Shown: in pieces, positions 42,570-58,532 of the stretch
Numbering within the stretch: the stretch's first letter is position 1
Layout of the letters: every line of letters begins with the position of its first letter
Origin: Camelus ferus
Lineage: Eukaryota
Length of the DNA stretch: 64,000 nt
Reading direction: 5' to 3'
Assembly: GCF_009834535.1 (NCBI RefSeq)
Contig: NC_045697.1
Span: 28,398,001 to 28,462,000, forward strand
Notes under the pieces: model-generated
What the model saw: only the letters and a program-made list of their open reading frames with translations
The model's database searches: none
What the model was told of the DNA's origin: nothing
Position numbers and translations under genes: made by a program

Positions 42570-45049
42570 CTAGAGGGGAAAAAAATTTTTTTTAATCTTT
42601 TTAGAGAGAAAATTACTAACAATTACAATACATAAATGTAAAATCTCTATAGTGCAGTATAATAAGGAGGAAAACCTAAGTGATTTTTTTTTTAAAGCAG
42701 AAGTTTCTCAAGTTGTCTGGGTTAATATGAAAGATCTTTAGTTCCTTCCAAATTTTTATGTTTCTAGAACCAGTCTACACTCCATTTTTCATATTCGTAT
42801 CTAGACACGCTCACTCCTGTCATTCTCAGCACCAGACCCGTTCAGAGTAGGCAGGCATATGCCACTACCATCGTAGTAGCACACACGCAAGCAGTAAACA
42901 GACCAGATTGTTTTTTAATGAGCAAAAAGCACATTTTTATTATGTTAAGCCGTTACAATTTTAGGTTTTATTTATTATTATAGCTGGTTACTTCAGTATA
43001 GTTACCTAAGCTAAGTAGTATGTCACCTTACTAGAAGAAACACACACAGATTATATATTATATGTATAAATTATATATATAATTTATGTATATAAACACA
43101 AGTATACACAAATACACATACACACTTTCCATCTCTTTTTTATATTGCTAATGGGACTATAAAATTCCACAACCCTTCTGGAATACAATTTGACAGCATT
43201 TATCAAAACTCTTAATTATGTACTACATATTTGTGCTTATTTATGTGATTACCTTGCAGACCAGAATGTTAATTCACATTCTTTCCAACACTATTCTAAT
43301 GTCTGTTTTCCTTATTCTAAAATAACTTGCACAAGCTGTAACAGCATAGTTTTTAGAAGTTCGGGTTTCAGAGTCTAAAAAGGCTCCAGTTGGAATCCTG
43401 ACTGATAACTGCTGTGTTTCCTAAACTTGTTAAGGTCTTTCTTCCTCATTTGTGAGTGGTGTTACCCACCTACCTCAAAAGGCTGTGGTAAGAATTCAAC
43501 TAGATAGTGCTCAGCAAAGTGTCTGGCAGAAAAGAAGTTAGCCTTCAATAAATCAATGGTAGTGAATTTTCATTTTGCATATTACATTTTAAATCTTTTC
43601 CCTGCTATCCAAAATCATCAGTCTTATCTTTAAAGACACTCCTTTTTTAATAGTCATAGCTTTATCTCCTCTCTACAGCAGAGTTAAATATACTACACAA
43701 TTTTCATAAATGTCTTTTTAATTAAAAATAATATCTAATTCTGACTCATACCACAAAGGGTTTTTGCTTCGTATTGATCAATTATACAATAATCAATTAT
43801 AAATCTTATTTAGTGACTTGTAAATACACTTTCTTTAGTGATTCCATCCTAATTTTTTTTAATCCTTGCTAGCAAAAGTTAAGTTATAAGTTCTTTTATA
43901 AGAACTCAAACTCATTTTAATGTATATCCTCTACGTATCTTCTCCTTTTGATGAGTAAAACAGGAATAAGAGAAAATGTGTCTGTGCCTGCAGATAATCT
44001 TAAAAAACAAACAAACAAAAAAACCTTGCTGAGTTTCAGTCATGACTGGGAAAAACAATCATGTTAACTCACTAAGGAGGGCTGGGACAGAAGAGCCCCC
44101 AGGGTCCTTGCCGGAGTGTGCACGGACAAGGATGCCATCTGAGTTTCGCTGTAAGTTAATCTCTCATGAATGAGAAATGGGCACTGAATTCTAAATAAGG
44201 ATCTTCAACAAGTCAGTGACAAGAGAACCAGATCAAATACTTCGAACAGCACAAGGGGCCTTCTCAGTACCTCTCCAAGACAGCTGGTGTCGAGCAGACG
44301 CACACAGCCAGCTCTGAACACAGCCCTGCGCTGCTCTGCTTGGGGACCGTGCTGATGCAACCTCCTGGCAGATTTCTTTATCCTCCCTGACATCCCCCCA
44401 AGCCTCCCACTCCATGTCCACACTGCTCTGAGGAAATGGAAAGTAGCTCCTTTTCTTAACATTTTTGGGGCCCCTGGTAGAACTGAAATAGATGCAACAT
44501 CAAACATACTGTTCAGGTTTCGGTCAGCGCTCTAAATGTTCCATAATTAGCTGACAAACCCTGAATCAGAAGAGGGCTGGAGCCCCTGCATCTCTCGCAC
44601 CTCATTCAGACCTCTCCCAGCACCAGCACAGTGCTGAGCACTCAGGGTCCAGGATCCTGTACCAACATGTGACAATTATACTGAGTACTGTACTTTTCAA
44701 AACATTCACATAGCAATAAGTGACCTGGCTTCTGAGGGGGTCAGTGTGATGCAGACAGTTCTGCAGAGCAGCTTTGGAGGCTCCAGGAAAAAAAAAATTT
44801 TGATTTGTAATTTATTTTCTTACTTGACATTTATATGAGGCAAGGCAAGGCATATCTTGCCCCTATATGATAGGCAACTGATGACTTCCTAGATACTACG
44901 TAAGAGAGACCCATACTGAATGACCTTTAGATCATAAATTTAAGGAGGGAGTGGACTAATTCACAAATACCCCAGAGATTCCCAGAGAATTGACTGACAT
45001 GTTGCCCCACAGTTATGTTATTGCTAAATGAGAAAATACTAAAATTCTA

Positions 45050-45593
<544 letters not shown>

Positions 45594-45855
45594 CTAATCT
45601 TGCCCCAGAAGCATCTCCTTAGAATCTCTGGGGCTTTTTAGAATATGTTGGAAAATCATTAGACTAACCCACAGCTGATTACTTGAAATCAAAGTTGATG
45701 GAAGCAATGTCTGAGAGTTTAATTTTAAAGAAATGAGTTTGAAAAGAGGGCCTACCAATGATATAAATGATACAAACTGAATTATCAAAGGTTTCTAGAG
45801 AACAAACAAGTTTGGGGGCCCAAACTCAAAGTGACACATGAGACACAAAGCCTTA

Positions 45856-46050
<195 letters not shown>

Positions 46051-46195
46051 CTAAGGGGTTTAATCGTACCGGGTAAGATTCTATTTCTTGTGAGGATATG
46101 GCTGCTCACTTCATTTTTATTCTTTATACTTCATACATACATGTATTTCACACACATCCACCATCACAAAAATCAGAGAGGAGTTCACATTCTCA

Positions 46196-46363
<168 letters not shown>

Positions 46364-47804
46364 TCACATGTACAATTATGCAGTGATCAGTTAAGAGGTG
46401 CAGCCTGTGCCACACACTGCTCACGGCTTCATGGTGAGTATTCTTGTCTGAATACAAGCCTCATAAATTAACAGGAGGCAAAGATTAACCAACCTATTCA
46501 GTATCTACAGATGGGGGAAAAAAAAAAGAATTACCCATCATCCACCCCCCTTCCTTATAGCCATCCTGATAATTTTAATTTTCATTTGGCTTAACTTCCC
46601 ATGCATCAGGCTGGGACGGATGTAAAGGGAGGGAGCACAGCTGCTTTCAGTCCCATCTGAGGTCCAGCCATGAGGCCAGCCTAAAAAAGGCAAACAGAAC
46701 ACAGTGTTCTCCATAGCCAACTTCTCCAAAGCCTGTGGAAGCAATTAAATCCCAAAGTACTCCCTCATACACTTACCCCCGACCCCTCACCAAAACTGAG
46801 TGTGAGTAGAAAATGAACAGAGAATAGTCAAGACAATGCACAAAGTTATAGCTGCCTCTGGATGAGCCATAACACCACGAACATCTGGCAAAGTTTGTAA
46901 TTCAATGTTATGCATAAAAGTGTCAGATTGCCTAATCTGTTATTCTCCTAAGAGTTTATAAACAAGATGACATATTGGTGACTAGATGAATATAAGGAAT
47001 GAATTTTATTTAAGGCTCTAAGCTTCTATAAGCTGTCTCAGAGGCTGAGAGCTTGGGAAGTGAGTCCAAAGTGTTGGAAAACCAAGTCTTTATCTGCATT
47101 TTCCCTACAATGGACAGTAAGATAAAGCCAACATAATGGACTGAGTGAAATAAACTTAAAAGTGTACATTTCCCTGAAAATGTGCATTTTCTTACATTCC
47201 CACTCACTGCCAAAATCTGAAAAACCATAGACTTGGGGAAAAAATATTTACAAAAGGTATGAACACTGGCTGGTATCCTGAACAAATTACTAACATCGCT
47301 AAGCCTCAGCTTCCTCGTCTATAACTGGGGATAATATTAATGATGAGAACTAAGATACTACATGTAAAGTGCTTAAAAGGGTGCCTGGCACAGAGTTGAA
47401 GCACTCAATAAATATTAACTCTATTTCCATCTTGAGAAGGGTCTCTAATCTTAGCTCTGTGAATCTGGGAAGAGACAAAACAAATTTCAACCATTTGGAA
47501 GCATTACAATACAGGTTCTTCCTTTACTTTTATCTTACGCCTTTCAAGATAGAGAAGAATTATAATTGAAAGTGGCAGTTCTTGCTTTACTCTAACTCCA
47601 AATTTAGTCATAAAATTGAAGGAATACTGGTTTTATCATAAACTTCCATCACAGCTGATTACCAAAAAACACAAATTATAAACACAGAAGCCCAATAAAT
47701 AAACCTAAAATGAACAAACTGAATATAATAATGAGTACCTGGAAAAAAATTAATCCTATCAAAAACATTTGATAAAGTAACATGTTTTAATTAGAAGTTA
47801 ATCA

Positions 47805-47957
<153 letters not shown>

Positions 47958-48215
47958 TCATTTAGGAACCACACAACTGAATCATGTAACAAATTTCTTT
48001 GTCATACTAATCAGCCTATGCTAGGATTTTTAATGATAAAATTTGGATGTTGGAAAATCAGTGGGTTTATAAATTGTGTGAAATTTGCAAGCAACCAATC
48101 AACCCTATAGATAATTTCCAAAGAGTTTTCTAGCTAAAGTTTTATTATGGTGATATTTTCTATTTTTTCCCTTATTCATCTGGTATCACTGCCCCACATC
48201 TCTAATTCTACCATA

Positions 48216-48435
48216 CAGCTGGCAAACTTTTATAGGCCAGATAGTAAATATTTTAGCCTTTATGGGCCATAATGTCTCTGGCACAACTATTCAACTCTGC
48301 CTTTGTAGCTCAAAAGCAGTCACAGACAATATGCAATCATATGGGCATAGCTATGTTCCAATAAAACTTTACTTACAAAAATAAGCAAATAAGCTGTGGG
48401 CCAGTTTTGACCTGAGGGCTATCGTTGCCCACCTC
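48216..48435. mobile_element. hAT-Charlie MER58A-like MITE
   Basis: ggcaaactttt..ggccagatagtaaatattttag..caactattcaactctgcc..gttccaataaaacttta. Confidence 0.75.
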
Positions 48436-48834
48436 TTTTCTAGCACAATGCACTGTACAGTGAAGGTGGACGTGAGCTTTGGAATCAGGAACTCATTAGT
48501 TGTATGACTTTGAGCAAGTTATAAAAATTACCTCTGATCCTTAATCATCTCTATAATGTAAATACCAGCACCTCTGTAATAAGTTGTAAGGATTAATAAA
48601 TAATATAAAGTGCTGGTTCAAAACTTGATGTATAATATGCCTTCAGTAAATAGTAGCTATTTTTATTAAATGGTCACTAGAAGAAAATATCAGAAAGATT
48701 TAAAAGGCTAGGAAATGGCATGAGGTCCCAAAAATATAGGAAGGGCTCCCTATGGCCCAAACTCTAAAAGTCTCTATTTACCTTGACATCAACCTTATTA
48801 ACTTATATCCAAAAATAGTTCTCCTTAAGCCCAA

Positions 48835-49453
48835 TAGTTATGTTCTACAAATCTGCCACAAACGTTGAATTAGCATATACTAAAGCATTGTTCCTAGGGA
48901 AAAGACAGCATTAGGTGCCTGCGAGCTTCTGGTCTCATTTTTGTCAACTGATCGACACATAATCTTGTTTTATGTGTGTTTCTGTTTAAAGACACATTTT
49001 AAAATATGATTGATGGATTAACATTGAACTCACAGCCAACAGCACTAGTAACTCATGCCTGACTGAATGAACCTTATTAAACAGCATGTATTTTCCCTGT
49101 AAGGAACATCACAGCCTTCTGGTGCTTGGAAACACTGGACAAAACTTGAGCAATATGCTTGGAGGCCATTTTAAACAGTGGAATCACACAAAAATGCAAA
49201 AAATGTGGCAAGAAATAAACCACAGAAAGCAAAATGTTTTTTGTGGGAGCTGAAACAAGAAAATAACATTATTGCCTTATTCATCTTCAGCTGAGAATGT
49301 ATGTGTTGGGTGACTCAAAATTTTTAATGCTCTGTTCATGCCTGCAAACGACCACAAAAGCATCATGAGCACTGACGCTGGTGTTACAAATAAACTTTAG
49401 CACGTAGGCTAATTCACAAATATGAAATCCACAAATAATGAGGATCAACTGTA
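48835..49453. mobile_element. TcMar-Tigger DNA transposon remnant (MER82-like)
   Basis: agttatgttcta...gaattagc...ttcctaggg start; ends aataatgaggatcaactg followed by TA. Confidence 0.6.
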
Positions 49454-49784
49454 TTTCACCAAGGCTGCATTTCCAAAACTGCATTAGTAGGAAAAGCAAA
49501 TGATAGGGAATTTTTCCTTACTTGCTTCAGTAAAGTGTAACAACATATCCTATGTGGTCTCCCAAACTTACTTGTCCTAAATGTTCTAACTAAATACTAA
49601 TATAATCCTCCTAAAACACTGACCTATGTTTATCCTACTAATCAGTCAGTAATTATTATACAATATAAATTAATAGGCTGAGGCTACATGTATAATGGAA
49701 TCATTATTTTATTTTAAGGGAGTTAAGCTAAGCAAAGTCTTCCTTAAAGTTAGAGACCTAGCTAAATAAACCTACTTTTAATTA

Positions 49785-50024
<240 letters not shown>

Positions 50025-50395
50025 TCATTGAGTTGATGCAAATTACTGAGGGAGATATAAAAGTTACTGATGGGCTTAGTTTGAGGAGGCAATGGATGGG
50101 CTGAGACGGGAAGATGTTTTAAATTAGAGAAGAAAGATGATTAAGAAAGTAAAAGAAGGGCAAGAGTGATCTTTTAAATTACTATTGTAATGTAAAGTTC
50201 TATTTTCTCTTACATATTACAGGATATTTTATACCCAAATATTTGATCCCCCTTGTGAAAATTATTTCATAATGTACAAGAATATTATCTTCAAAAACAT
50301 ACCTTTTTATTAATATTAAGAAAGTACCTGTGTAGCTAATCAGGGTTAAGAGAAGTAAGTCCTCAGCTTTAAATTTAATAAAGAGTTGAGTGCTA

Positions 50396-50602
<207 letters not shown>

Positions 50603-50658
50603 CTAGAATACCAAAGCAAAGGAAAGTTTTAAGCTGGCATTAATTATGGACAACTTTA

Positions 50659-50786
50659 GAGGGAGGGTATAGCTCAGCGGCAGAGTGCATGCCTAGCATG
50701 CACGATGTCCTGGGTTCCATTCCCAGCACCTCTGTTAAATAAAGAAATAAATAAACTTAATTATCTCTCCCCCATTAAAAAAAATA
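50659..50786 (+). mobile_element. tRNA-derived SINE (Vic-1-like) with perfect 14-bp TSD
   Basis: TATGGACAACTTTA at 50645-50658 and 50787-50800. Confidence 0.92.
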
Positions 50787-50852
50787 TATGGACAACTTTA
50801 CAGCATGGATATTTACATAAGAAGAACAAGATTCTAATGCTTCTTTTTTTCA

Positions 50853-51110
<258 letters not shown>

Positions 51111-53849
51111 TCACGACATGCCCTGGACCATCAACTGACTAGTCAAGTGTGAAGTTAACTACCATGAGTAGCCCTGATTCCACCCTCTATTAGTTCCATT
51201 GAAATACTACATTTCATAAATACAATACCAGAGGGAACAGCATGAAGCACCTGGAAAACTCATTCAATAAATTGCTGTTGAGAAGTTACTGTATATGTGT
51301 CAGAACCAGGCAGGCAGGTTCGAAGCTAAGCCTGCAGATAGAAAGATGAGAGACTCCGAAAGGAGTTCACAGTTTGAAATATAAGTTTTCTCTTTCTTCC
51401 TCTCTTGGTGGTATGTAATATATTATCCTGGTCTTTAAAACCAAACTTTAAACTCCTTTTCACTCTTCTTTTTTATAGACCTATATCAACAGGTTTTCAA
51501 AAATGTTTGCAGTATCATTGGCAAATGCTTTCTTGGCTCATTAAAGCTAGAAATTATCTAGCATCTTCAGGATACAGAATACTATGTAGACAAAGACTGT
51601 CAAAATAGAAAAATAAATCATGAGTCCAGCATCTAGGCACTTAGTTTTGGCTTAGGTGTATCATAAAACCTCAGGGAAGTGTGGCTGCCTTTGCCTCAAT
51701 GACCTCAATGAACTCACTGGAAAATGAGGATAACATGCTCTCTAAAATCTAACACATGAGCTCTCATAAAAATAAACGTTCTCTGAAAAGTCTAAAATTC
51801 TAAATAGGAATAATTTTCGAACCAGTCAGTAGCACCAATTTTCTTCTCTTGACAAGCTCCTAACTTAACAGGAGACTAAATAAAGGAATCAAGCCAAAAT
51901 AAATCGAAACATGAAGATTGAGTTGAAGTGTGAAAAGCAGGAGGAAAAAGTTGTTTGTATGCATGGAACAATTTAGGAAAAGACTTAGATGTGGAAGTCA
52001 GGGTGTAAGGGAGTACAGAATGGCAAAGACGGCTGATGGGATAACATTAAACAGGCCAGAGAACAGGCAGACAGATGATCAGACGGCTTGCCCAGATAAA
52101 GGAGCTCTGAAGATAACACTTGAAAACTGGTTCCACTGCATTTCTTTGTTTCAGATGAATACTGGTAACTGGTGAGACCCAGACATCTTCATATGCATAT
52201 TGGATATTCAGGGTTCTTCTGTAAATTGGTTGTTTATAGTCTTTACTCATATTTTGGTTGGGCTCTTTGTCCCTTTTAAAAATTGACTTAAAAATTTTCT
52301 TTATATATTTCAAATATTAATCTTTATTACTTGCGTTTTACTTTTTTTTAGAAAAAGTTTTAAATTTTAATGTTTTCCTTTTTGATTTTTGTGTCTTATA
52401 AAATAAATCCTTTTATCTCAAAAAAAAAAAAAACTGATTCGATAGTATAAAACGATTCCTACCCAGAAATTAAGCTGGAGTGGGAGGAAATGGAGAGAAG
52501 AAGTAAATAAAACAAGACCAGCCATGATAACTGCTGAGAATGCAGGATGGGTAGACAGGGGTTCACTATATTGTTGTTTTCATCTTTTGTAGAAGTTTGT
52601 TATTTTCCACAGTGAAAAGTATACATGTAAATTTAAAAAAGAAAAGAAAAAGCAAATCTAGAGAGTAATACTATAATAATTTACCCTAATAGGCACATAA
52701 AATAATAGCTTGAAAAGATTCAAGGCAGCTCAGGCTAGACTGGCAGAGAAACAAGTGTAAAATCAGCTATCTGTGCTAGATCAGACTAAGGAAGACTCTA
52801 TTGCCTAAGAATAGATTCTTTAAACAAAAAATTTTTTTAACTGAAAATTTCCCCTATGAAAATCCCATTCCAGGATCTGGTTATCCAAATATTAGACTAA
52901 GGTAACTTCTTGATTTTCTCCAAGCATCTAGATACTCCAAAATAATGTCTCCTTTTCTATGCCTCTACCCTAACCTTCTGCAAGAATTAAGTAGCGACTG
53001 GGTAGGTGAGTCATAGAAGTGGCACTAATTTCTCTGAAGTAATTAGGGAAGCCAAAAGGAGAGACTGAATTCATGACACACTTTCACTATGGGCTTCATT
53101 ACTACTTCCTTTGGAGTTCACATATCTTCACAGCACTGCTTTTGTCTCAAAGCATAGTCAATTCAACAGCATCTATGCTCTGTGGAACCCAGGCAAAGCT
53201 CACACCACTGGCTTACCCTTTATTCCTTAAGGTCCTAAACGTCTAGAGTCATATAACATCCCAGCTCAGCCACCAATTGGTTATAACTATACTATCACAC
53301 AGAATATTTGAATAGATGGTTACCAGAGCAGCAAGAAAAAAATTATCTTGAGGTTCAAATATTAGACTACCAGAATGTACTCCCAAGCATTGATTCTACT
53401 TTTTTCATCACAAAGGTACAACAGTTTAGCTATGAGCTGCAGGTGTCTGTGGACTAGCCTAACAACCTAACCAAGTTCTAAACAATTTAAAATGATTTTC
53501 AGAACATAAATGCATCTAGATAGGAGATGCCTATAAGTTTACAAGCAAACTTTATCTGATTCTTTTTACGTCACCTCCATCAAGCAGTGGAAACAAGAAA
53601 TGATGAAATATATATACTATCACCCACTGTGTTCACACATTACCAGCGCTTTCTAACTCTAGATCTCAGACTAGAACTTTCTTTGAATTTATTTGTTCAA
53701 TGATCTGAAGTTACCAGATGATTATAGGGTTTGGTAAAGTGTTGGATAAAAAGTTAGTGATAACCAAAATTCAACTGGACAACTCTATACTAAGTAATGC
53801 TGTGGCTTAATACCAATAGATTGACTGTTAGAATTCAATGAAACTTCTA

Positions 53850-53999
<150 letters not shown>

Positions 54000-54572
54000 C
54001 TAAAAAGGGAAAAGAAAAGAAGTTGTACATACATTTTATCAGTAATATGAAATAAGACAATAGTATAGGATTACATTCGTTAAGAGGAAGCTCATGCTAT
54101 AATTTAAAGGTCTAGATTTGCTCTCAAATAACACCTCTGTAGAAAAATCAAAGATCATATTGGTACCAAAGACCATCAAGTGTACATGATGGGACACAAC
54201 AAACAAAGCAAAATTGATCCTGCCACAATTAAAGCAGATCAGTTAAACGCATGTCACTGTTTACCACGCACCTGACTGTTTCATAAGTGTTAACAATTAA
54301 CTCCAAGTGTCAACACAATCAGCAGTAAAGTCAAAGTCTTTTGTGATTTCAAGCAAACATTTGATTTTGCATCGTCATTATGAATACAGGTTTTTACCCC
54401 CAAGAATTTAGGTCATAGAACACAGGCCATTTAGACTGGTTGTGAGTCAATAATTACTCTATACATACATGAAAATATATTTTTTCTAAGTCCTATTATA
54501 AGAAACACTTCTATTAAAAACGTGCTACTTTTCCCATACAATTTAACAGGAGATATTATTAGGAATTCTGAA

Positions 54573-54714
54573 GGGGGAAGGGTATCATTCACTGGTAGAG
54601 TGCATGCCTAGCATGCATGAGGTCCTGGGTTCAATCCCCAGTACCTCCACTAAAATATAAAAAAAAAAAAAAAAAAGAAAGAAAAAAACTAATTACCTCC
54701 CCTCCCCCCAAAAA
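54573..54714 (+). mobile_element. tRNA-derived SINE (Vic-1-like)
   Basis: B-box gggttcaatcc; TSD GAATTCTGAA / GAATTTTGAA. Confidence 0.88.
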
Positions 54715-56049
54715 GAATTTTGAACTATACAACACCACCTAACAAGTATTCTTGCTCCCCACCCCCTCAAAAAAGTCAAGTCTAAATTTGATCAAATCAG
54801 TTCAATCAGCAAAATCCTGACTGAAAATTTCTACAGGATAAACAACCTGGTTTCTCCAATTAATAAACTAAAGCGAAAAACAGAGAAAGAAAGAGAGATT
54901 AAAATATTGTGGTCTTAAAAGACACTTAAGAGATACAAATCTATTGTAATATATGGATCTTATTTGCATCCTGATTCAAATAAACCATGGGAGGAAGGAC
55001 ATGTTTAAGAATTCTTAAAAACCAAAGCAAAACAGAACTTCTCCTCTCCTGGAGGAGAAGGTTCAAACAATATCCACAATATTATGGACATACAGAAAAC
55101 CATATACAGCAAAGTAAAAAGCCACTTCAGGGACCAAAGGTCTGGAATTATATCCAGAGATAATCCACTTTTCTTCATGGTTCTGAGGCACTTTAACATA
55201 AGCAAATGGAGAAAGTGTAAAAGTAAATTCAAATTTCTATTAGTTTAACTAAAATGTACAACAGAACCAGCAAAATACATGAACCACTATACCATGAATG
55301 TCACCAATTATAACAACTGTTTGCTTGATCATTTTAACTAGATTCTAGAAAGTGAGAGTAAATGGTTACAGAGTTGGAATTTTTCAGAGAAAATTTAATT
55401 CAATCCTATATAATTTCCTAATGTTTAAATTAAAGTCACCTAAAAATCAGAGCAATGCAGAATTTATACTGGTTTTTTTTTTTGTCTTAATAACACCTCA
55501 AAATGAATAACTATATTATTCTGTTAAAATCACTGGGGTATTTGTAAATCTCCAAAACAAATGTAGAGATAATTAATGATATAGGTTCTACCTCTTATTA
55601 GAGTCATTATATAATTATCATAATTAATATTTAAGATTTACATGGTATTTTTTATGGAAGAACTCAAATCCTTTCACACTGTAAAATGTTACTCAAAAGA
55701 AGCACAGCAAATTATCCATTTTGGGTTTTTGGAAGTAGTTATTATTTTTCAATGAACAAAGTTAAAAAAAGCATTAAATATGGTAACACGAAACAAAAAT
55801 GTTTTAATTGTTAAATATTAACAGTATCTACTGTGCTGTTTTCTGAGTAAAAACTTGAATATCTTATTACCATATTTTATATGATAGTCATTACTATTTC
55901 CTTCTCAGGCAGTGAACATGACTACCCTTTTACTAATATAGTTTTGACCCATAAAACATAAGCCAATAAAACAAGAAAAGAACCACAATGAACATAAATT
56001 CGTCTACCCTAAGTATATTTAGCTGGGTTTTCAATGTAGCCTTCATAAT

Positions 56050-57090
56050 CTTTTCACTTGTCCTCTCATTCTGAGATTCCTGCTCCAACCTCCACTATAA
56101 CTTCTTCAAAACCATCTTGCCTCCCACGTTCAGACAGCTGAGATGACCAATGTGTCAGTGTCTTTTATATCATGTCCTCACCAACAAAACTGTCTGTATC
56201 TTTATCCATCCTTGTTTACTTCCTTGTCTCCGAGAAAGAGACTTTCAAGGTCAATCCCTCTACTTGTGCTTGGGAGCCCATCACCTTTGCTATCTTTCTA
56301 GACTTTATTCCACCAACTGGACCCTTTATTCTTAAGCTTTTGACCTTTCCTTCTCTATGTGATTTGTCTACTGTAGTTTACTAACATGCTTGATCCTTTA
56401 TCAACCATAGAAAAGAACATAAATAAATGAAATCACTTTCCCCTCTGCCCCTCTGCAGTGACCACCCCCTTTATTTCCTTCTAATTAAACCTTTTAAAAG
56501 AAGACTTTTAATCCTTTTCTACACTTTCTCACTTCTTCAATCTCCTGCCATTTGTGATCGTTCTTGTAAAAGTTACAACGGCCCCCATAATACCGAATTG
56601 CATGGATATGTCTCGGATCTTATTTCTCCTATATCTGGCATAACTGACAGCTTATTCATTCATTCAGCAGATATTTGTTGAGCATTTATTAAGTACTGGC
56701 CACTGTGTTAGTCACTCATAATCAAGACATGTATCTTTATGGAGGTTGTACTACGATACTTCTGGGTTTTGGTTCACCTTCTCTGAACTACTCTTCATTG
56801 TTCCTTTATGGCATTTTCTTCTCCACTCAACATCAAATATTAGCATTTGCCAGGGTTCTGTCCTTGACCCATGCTCTGTTCTCTCTACAGGCTCTTCTTG
56901 GGAGAGCTCAACTACTCCAATTTTAACTACTACCTGCATAATCTTTTTTTTTTTAAACTACCTGCGTAACCTTAACTTTACATCTTCAGCCCTGAATTCT
57001 TGAATATCATTCTAGCTTCCTTCCTCTCTTTCATCCTTCTTATATAATCAACAATCAAATCCTATCATTTTTCCTTCTAAATATTTCTGT
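56050..57090. mobile_element. L2 LINE remnants
   Basis: Pyrimidine-rich L2-like body; attcattcattcagcagatatttgttgagc tail at about 56655. Confidence 0.6.
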
Positions 57091-57914
57091 GATTCTCAGA
57101 GTAGGTAGACTGAGGGTGGAACAACTCTCAAGAAGGTTGTGCACTCAAAAGAACTCATTAAATATTATAAATACACATTAGTTATCATTTCTTTATCAGT
57201 GATCAGGAGTTAAATATTAGTCATGAAAAGACTTTCTGATATGAAAACCTGGTATTTACAATGAAAAACCGATGCCATAGATTTTTATACCACCACTGAA
57301 AACAAGTATCAATTTCACTGTATATTTTAAAATGCATTATAGGATACAGATTTAAGGTGGAAATTGATTACAAAGGTATCTAAGATTTCTCTGGAAATAA
57401 AAATATTTCTTTGCTTTGTCCAAGGTAGGTAAGTATAAAATTACAACTAGTAATGATATGTATAAGCTACTCAATAAAGGAATCCAGAAAGCAGTGTGAA
57501 CTCCAGTTAAACCTGCCATTCATTTTTCTTCTTTCATGGTTCTTCCTGTTTGACATTTCACATAACATTTCATATATCAGTATGGCCAAGAAAATGTGCA
57601 AGAGTAGTTTTACAATATAAAGTAAAGAAATAAAAATGGAACAAAGGCCTGACATACATTTGAAATGGATAATTGGGTTGCACAGTTCATTTCCCCAAGT
57701 AAGATATAGAAAAAAAAATCATTTTAGATCTTAACTCTTTTACTCTAACTACATATCCCAACTGGATTCAATATCCATGAGGAACACACTATATTTTTGG
57801 AAGAATTTAACTTTTAACTTTTAAAAAGCAACAAGATTATTACATGGGAAATTCAGATCATCCTCACAGTTCCTTTGTGGCTTATTGTTGTTTCTATTTT
57901 AGGTTTCTTGGTTG

Positions 57915-58180
57915 TTATTTATTTATTTATACTGAACTATAGTTGATTTACAGTATGTGTTAGTTTCAGGTCTATAGCATAGTCATTTGGTATTTTTGCA
58001 GATTATACTCCATTGTAGGTTACTACAAGATGATGGGTATAATTCCCTGTGCTCTACAGTATATCCTTCTTGCTTTTATCTTGTATGTAGTAGTTTGTAT
58101 CTGTTAATCCCATACTCCTAATTTGTCCCTCCTGTCTTTCCTCTCCCCTTTGGTAACGACAAATTTGTTTTCCATATCTG
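57915..58180 (-). mobile_element. LINE-1 3' end fragment, antisense
   Basis: tatagttgatttaca...ttccctgtgc...gtatctgttaatccc...cccctttggtaac. Confidence 0.8.
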
Positions 58181-58252
58181 TAGAACACACAATTAAAAGC
58201 CCTGAAGTCACAGGAAAAAGAGTTTCAGATTTCAAATAGAAATAGTAGTTCT

Positions 58253-58360
58253 GTGTTCACTTTAGCAGCACATGTACTAAAATCAGAACACTACAGAGAA
58301 GATTAGCATGGCCCCTGTGCAAGGATGACATGCAAATTCATAAAGCATTCCATATTTTTT
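58253..58360 (+). pseudogene. U6 snRNA retro-pseudogene (5' part of a U6/L1 chimera)
   Basis: Full-length U6 match with intact ACAGAGA box; about 14 substitutions; all 7 CpGs mutated. Confidence 0.95.
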
Positions 58361-58532
58361 AGACAACGAGGTCCTACTGTTGTTTAACAGTAGGGAACTA
58401 TATTTAATAGCTTGTAATAACCTCTAATGAAAAAGAAAATGAAAAATATATATATGTACAACTGAATCACTAAGCTGTACACCAGCACTAATACAACATT
58501 GTAAATCAACTATACTTCAATTTAAAAAAAAA
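58361..58532 (+). mobile_element. L1 3' end fused to the U6 copy
   Basis: aggtcctactg...gggaactatat...acattgtaaatcaactatacttcaat-An; TSD encloses U6 and L1 together. Confidence 0.9.

Noticed and set aside
44080..44790. GC-richer stretch in UGDH intron 11 with a 100-aa ORF and a small hairpin (44105-44132)
   Set aside because: No recognisable protein or RNA family, no TSD, and the hairpin is short enough to be chance. A BLAST or Dfam search would be needed.
58253..58360. Functional U6 gene
   Set aside because: Many substitutions, complete CpG decay, L1 fusion and TSD; no upstream PSE/TATA recognised.
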